A DNA stretch of 64,000 nt from the NCBI GenBank assembly GCA_002269645.1, contig NIVC01000283.1:558001-622000 (forward strand), read 5' to 3'. The notes below the pieces were generated by a model, which made no database searches, was not told the origin of the DNA, and saw only the letters and a list, made by a program, of their open reading frames with translations. Source of the DNA: Macrostomum lignano (taxonomy: Eukaryota). Both the position numbers and the translations under genes were made by a program. Below are positions 58,801 to 64,000 of this stretch, piece after piece; the first letter of the stretch is position 1, and each line of letters begins with the position of its first letter.

Positions 58801-59129
58801 TTTTTCGAAGCTAAGCCTACTCATATTAGTTTTCAATTTAATAATAACTGAATGAATTAACTAAGCAAATTATTATATGCAACTTTGAACAACTTTGTAT
58901 TAATGTTTTTTGTTTATTAACATAAAATAAAATATTTAACCAAGCTCTTCACTTAATAAAATTTAATATCGATGCCTTTTTTCAATCCTTCCCGACTTAA
59001 GCGTCTCTCTCTACCCCCATATCTTTCAAAAATCTTCCCAATTGCTTGTTAGGAGCGCACAAAATAAACCCTGCTCCCATGCGTCCGCCCTCTCTCCCCA
59101 TGCACCCACCCTCACTCCCTGTGCACCCA

Positions 59130-59299
59130 CCCTCGGCGTCAACCCCCAACCCCAACTTTGCCTTACCAAAAATAACAGCTTTAACTAGCTTCCGAGCGAT
59201 CGATTCCCTCCACGCGCTTGCCTCCGCACTGTTATAGAGCAACTGAACAATGAAGTCACACGCATGACTGGATTGAAACCGTCCCATGCAACTAAACAA
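59130..59299 (-). pseudogene. Remnant of the Polinton PLA2-domain C-terminal helices
   Basis: AWRESIARKLVKAVIFGKAKLGLGV parallels GQRLTRWMVKKILQSKVKFGLGI in the intact element. Confidence 0.55.
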
Positions 59300-59630
59300 G
59301 AAACTGTCGAACTTAAGTCATCTCATAGAACAGACACCTCGAACTACCCTAAGCTTCCAGGAGTTGAATTACCATACATACTGACAAACTCTGAGTTTCT
59401 ACGCTTTTTATATCTACCTGGAGAGCTAGAGAAGGACACCAAAAGAAGAGCTACAGATCCATACTTCAGCCTTGATGTACATAAAATAGACAGACATTTT
59501 ACCTCCGACTCTGGTGACTATTACTTTTTTCTCAGGCCTTTAACCCTAAATCCCCCACGCGGTCATTCACTAGAGCTGAACTCCCAGGGATACCAGCTGA
59601 CACAGAAATTAATTAAAATATTTAAATAAA

Positions 59631-60084
59631 ATGACAAAGATTGAAACCAGAACCATCAATAAACTCAATAAAATCATTGAATCAAAGAAACCAGGTCTTA
59701 TATCAATTAAAGGTGCTAAAGTAAAAATCGATCCCACACAGCATAGTTCAGTGTAATGAGCAAAGACACAGCATCACAGATGAAAAGTCAGGAGGAATCC
59801 TACCATTAGCAGCTCTTATCCCAATCATTGCAGGCGCTGTAAGTGCCGCAGGTTGTGTAGCTGGAGGTGTAGCAACTGCTGTTAAGGCTGGTAATGATAG
59901 AGCCCACCAGCTTGAATTGCAAAAGATTGCAAGAGTCAAAGGTATAACAATTAAGGCAGGAGATGGGTGCCCTGATTGTGATGATCGTGATGATTGTGAG
60001 CATGAAGATTCCGTAAGCAAGTCTGACATTGTCAAAGCCATCATGACACTGCACAATGCTGGGTTTACAATAATAAGGATTTGA
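59631..60084 (+). pseudogene. Core precursor homolog of 31260-32219, disrupted
   Basis: KSGGILPLAALIPIIAGAVSAAGCVAGGVATAVKAG, downstream of stops. Confidence 0.75.
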
Positions 60085-60217
60085 ATGTGAACGTGATGAG
60101 GTTTAAAACCCCACTTTATCAAGCTTCATAAACCTAATACTACTGATAGGATGTAGAAACAGTTCAACTTTTATATCAGGGTGCCCAGCCTCAATTTTTT
60201 TTATTTTAGAGAAAAAA

Positions 60218-63200
60218 ATGTTAAAAGCCAATCCAGCAAAAGATTTGGTCAACAAATATTTTTCAAAAGGCGTCTCATTTCAAGACAAAAGTAATTTACT
60301 AAAAGAAGCATGTAAACAAAAGTTTAACACTGACCCTGGTCACCTTGGAAGCTATGAAAAACAGTTGGAAATCATCAATCAATTAGAAGCCAACCAGTAT
60401 GCGCCTATAAAAAATCCTGCAGAGGAACACCAAATGAGGAGTCGAAACTTAGTTAACAAATCGAAACTCTCACTGGTGAAAAAGCAAAGTACCCACAAAA
60501 TAAGCAGGAACAAAGAAATTAGAGCAATTAATCCATTTAAAAGAGTCGGAGCTTGCCATTGAAGAGATTAATTTTGCACAGAGGAAGTTTACATAACATT
60601 ACATAGAGTACACAATCCCAATAAACGACACCACCGCAAACATCTACGACTATAAAGACAGCATCCAATCAGTTGTTGATCACACACTCAAAACACGCAA
60701 GACCTTTAAACTACAGATATCATTCAAGATTGCGTTTTATATGCCTGCGAAACCCACTGAGCATCTCGAGTATTACATAACAACAAAGGCGAAACCATTC
60801 ACCCCTACAGACACACTGGATCCTTTCCTTCAAGATGTCACTAAGAAAATTAAAGCGTTTACATTCAGAGGTTCCGGATGGGTCGTGGGAGGGATTCAAA
60901 GAGCGACTGTCATGGTCATGAAATATGACCCACTTAAAGCCTCCTCTTATATACAGCTCCCACACAAGCTAGCCGGCAAAAAAGCTTGCATAAATGTTAA
61001 AAATAAAGACAATTGCTGTGCTTTATGGGCAGTTCTTTCTGCACTTCTTCATGATAGTGTCCCTCACCACCCCGAAAGAACCTCAAATTATCAAAATTAT
61101 TTCAACTACTATCTCATCGAATGCGAAAAGAAGGGAATCAGGTTTGACAAATGAGGCTTGGCGATCTCTCAGATCCCAAAGCTAGAAGAAGTGTTTAATA
61201 ACAAAATTAGAATCAGTCTTTGAGTGGAGTGAAAAAAGCCGAGAAAGTTCAACCGGTCAGATGTAGCAAAGACGTTTTAGATCCTGAGGGGAAAAGGCGG
61301 ACTGAAGTGGATCTTCTAGTGATTGGTAATTTACTAGAGGAGGCTCACTATGTTTGGATTAAAGATCTTTCAAGACTCATTCACAAGCAGTTGAATAATC
61401 ATCACGAGGCTGTTGCCATCTGCCGCTTGTGCCTTAAGCATTACAGTGGACCTGAACGCTTTGAAAAACTAGCAGAGCATGAATTATCATGTGAGGATCA
61501 CCCGACCAACTGCTCTCTTCCTTCAGCTGAAGAGAAGTATGCTCAATCGTGCAAGAAACTCAAAAACAAACTCAAACTCAAAAACATATCCCCAATTCAG
61601 TAGCATATGCCTATATTAATACAAAAGGACTTGTTGAGTATAATTACTTCTTTGGAGAGCAGTGTGAGGAGCAGTTTATTGCCAGAATGTTAGAGTTGCA
61701 AAAAGTTATTAGCACTCTTCAACCTGTTCCAATAATGATGACTAAGGAGGATGAAAGCAATTTCCTATCAGCAACTCATTGCTACATCTGCAGGAAACAG
61801 TTAACTTGCACTGATATTAAAAACCCCACCGTTGGGGACCACTGCCATTATACTGGGAAATTTAGAGGTGCAGCGCATAACACTTGTAATTTAAAGCTAA
61901 AATCAAACATTCATGATCTATCGATATTTTGTCACAACGCAAAGAACTATGACATGCATTTAATAATTGAAAAAATTGGCATGATTCCAGACATACACCT
62001 TGATTGCATCGCAGAGAACAAGGAGAAGTTTGTGTTGATATTAAACAGGATAATTCGGGTAAAGGTGAAGGTTCGAGTGAAGGTAAGATAAGACTGAAGG
62101 ATTCATATCAATTTCTAGCTGCCAGTCTAGACGAACTAAGCAAGAATCTGAAAGATGAACAATGTACATATACAAAGATGTTTGCAAGTAAAATTAACAA
62201 CAGTGATGAATCATTTAAAATTTTAAGGAAAAAAGGCTTCTACCCCTATGAGAATATTACTGGGTATCACGTATTTAAAGAAGGTTTACCAACACAGGAG
62301 AAGTTCTTTTTAAAGCTAACAGACTCTGGAATCTCTGCCAAAGACTATGAGCACGCGAAGCATGTCTATATTTACTTTAATTGCCAAAACTTCTTCCAGT
62401 ATCACCTGCTTTACCTCTTCACAGACGTTTTTCTGCTGGCTGATGTGTTGGAACCTTCAGATACACCTGGTACACAGCATATGGCGTCGATCAAGTACAT
62501 TGTGTCTCTCCCTACAACTAGCTGGGAATCTTTGCTTAAAATGAAATGGGATCAAGATCCAGATTGGTACATTGAACTTCTTACAGACATTGACATGTAC
62601 AATTTTGTCGAATCGTCAAAACGAGAAGGAATCTCAATTTGCGTTAACAGGTATACAAAAGCAAACAATCCCTATATTGAATCTTCCACCTTCCAAATTC
62701 CACCAGAGCTTCACGACTATTTCTCTGACTTTCCACCCTTCCCAGAGAACATCAAGTGCCCGAAAATAATCGAAACTCCTAATGGAACTTGTCACCTGTC
62801 AGGAACAGAAAAAGAACATACAGAGAAACTAACACAGAATCTAAACAACAAAACACGTTACAAAATCCATTACAAACTGCTTCAGTATTTTATCTCACTT
62901 GGTTGCAGGGTCACCAAAGTTCACAGGGCTCTTACATTTACAGAGGAAGCGTGGATGAAACCCTACATTGATAAGAACACCCAGTTTAGGACCAAAGCAA
63001 CCAACGTCTTTGACAAGAACCTCTTTAAGTTGGCCAACAACTCTGTCTATGGCAAGACTCTTGAGAATGAGCGGAAAATAACAAACCTGAAACTTGTTAC
63101 CTCATCAGAGCCTGCTGTTATTCAGGCAAATATGTCAAAGCCAACATTCAAAGAACTCCATATCTTTAATAGCTCATAATTCATTGGTTCATCATAATCA

Positions 63201-63505
63201 TCATAGCATCATAATTCATTGGGTTGAGAGCAAAGTCCTATTTTGTAAAATGTGAGTCGACAGACCCAATCAAAAAATCAAAGGGAATTCCGAAACGTGT
63301 GGTTAGGAAGGAAATTAATGAAGCTGAATACAGAGGCGCCTTGAATTGCAAAAAAAGACATCTAATGAGTTCTCAAAGCTACAATCTAAAAACCATATTA
63401 TTCACACAATTCAGCAGAAGAAGATTGGACTGTCAGGTGCAGATAACAAGAGATTCATTTTTGATGACAATATTAACAGTCTACCGTTCGGGCATTGGAG
63501 ATTAG
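60218..63505 (+). pseudogene. POLB: Fragmented protein-primed PolB
   Basis: RGSGW..SSYIQLP..INVKN; DHCHYTGKFRGAAH..HNAKNYDMH; KGFYPYE; FKLANNSVYGKTLEN; RAKSY. Many frameshifts; the DxNxLY and YxDTDS blocks were not found. Confidence 0.9.
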
Positions 63506-63620
63506 GCTTAGGAGGTGGAGGTTAGGTTCGGGAACTGGAGGTTAGATTCGGGCACTGGAGATTAGGAGATTAGGAGATTGGGTTTAGGTTTAAGAGAAAG
63601 TTTAATAAACCTCATAAAAA

Positions 63621-64000
63621 ATGACGACAAATAACTTTGTTGAAGATTTGGCTAACGAACTGGAAATCCCAAACTTTAGAAGAATATTTATGAGGGACAC
63701 TGCCTGATTTTTCTCTAAGAAAAGAATCATGAACTTTGACACCACCGATAAACCAGGATCTCAGTGGGTTTGCTGGGTGATTGATTCCGATCGCAAGCAC
63801 AAGTGTTATTACTTTGATAGCTATGGGACGGCAGTACCAGAAGAGCTAAGAATTTATATGAAGGGGAAAAAGAATAAAAACATTTATCGCTCAGACTTTA
63901 TTCTCCAAGGTCTTAGCAGTGATATTTGCGGTGAGCTGTGCATGACTGTTTTGTATGCAATGACCAAAACACGAAAGACCTACAAGGAAATTATTCTTAC
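63621..64000 (+). pseudogene. PRO: Adenain-like protease, disrupted and partial
   Basis: FMRDTA*..NFDTTDKPGSQWV..YFDSYG..Q..SDICG; in-frame stop, and Gln in place of the catalytic His. Confidence 0.85.

Larger units (their letters stand above)
56382..64000 (+). mobile_element. Second, decayed Polinton (left boundary tentative; runs off the window)
   Basis: Contains a PLA2 C-terminal remnant, a GGILP core protein, a fragmented pPolB and a protease. AGTAGT at 56382 followed by subterminal tandem repeats suggests the left end. Confidence 0.75.

Noticed and set aside
60218-63505. Additional group I introns explaining breaks in the second pPolB
   Set aside because: No P3/P4/P7 core motifs were seen; the breaks are small indels, stops and deletions.

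Overview
Eukaryotic (most likely invertebrate animal) repeat-rich genomic DNA, not prokaryotic. The centrepiece is a nearly intact 18,557-bp Polinton/Maverick (adintovirus-like endogenous DNA virus) at 15284-33840, with 346-bp TIRs starting AGTAGT and a perfect 6-bp TSD (GAGCAT). It is inserted into a Penelope-like retroelement whose ORF rejoins across the insertion. It encodes protein-primed PolB, a PLA2-integrase fusion, double jelly-roll major capsid, penton, packaging ATPase, adenain-type protease, core/pVI-like proteins, a fiber-like protein with discoidin and lectin domains, and a restriction-like nuclease. Top discovery: the PLA2-integrase gene is split by a 303-nt group I intron (17580-17882, minus strand). 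It folds by eye into a full IC1-type ribozyme (P1-P10, P5abc), has compensatory changes in the P7 catalytic core, and appears to end in A instead of the near-universal omega-G. It lies about 110 bp from a free-standing PD-(D/E)xK nuclease gene, which suggests collaborative homing. Each TIR is also a nested palindrome carrying a second inverted copy of the 27-bp terminus. The rest of the window holds a second, decayed Polinton (about 56.4 kb to the end), Helitron fragments, two LINE fragments, a CMC/EnSpm-type transposon, a Gypsy integrase interrupted by a TRIM-like mini LTR element, a spliced BEN-domain gene and several minisatellites. All calls come from manual motif reading; no database searches or folding programs were run.
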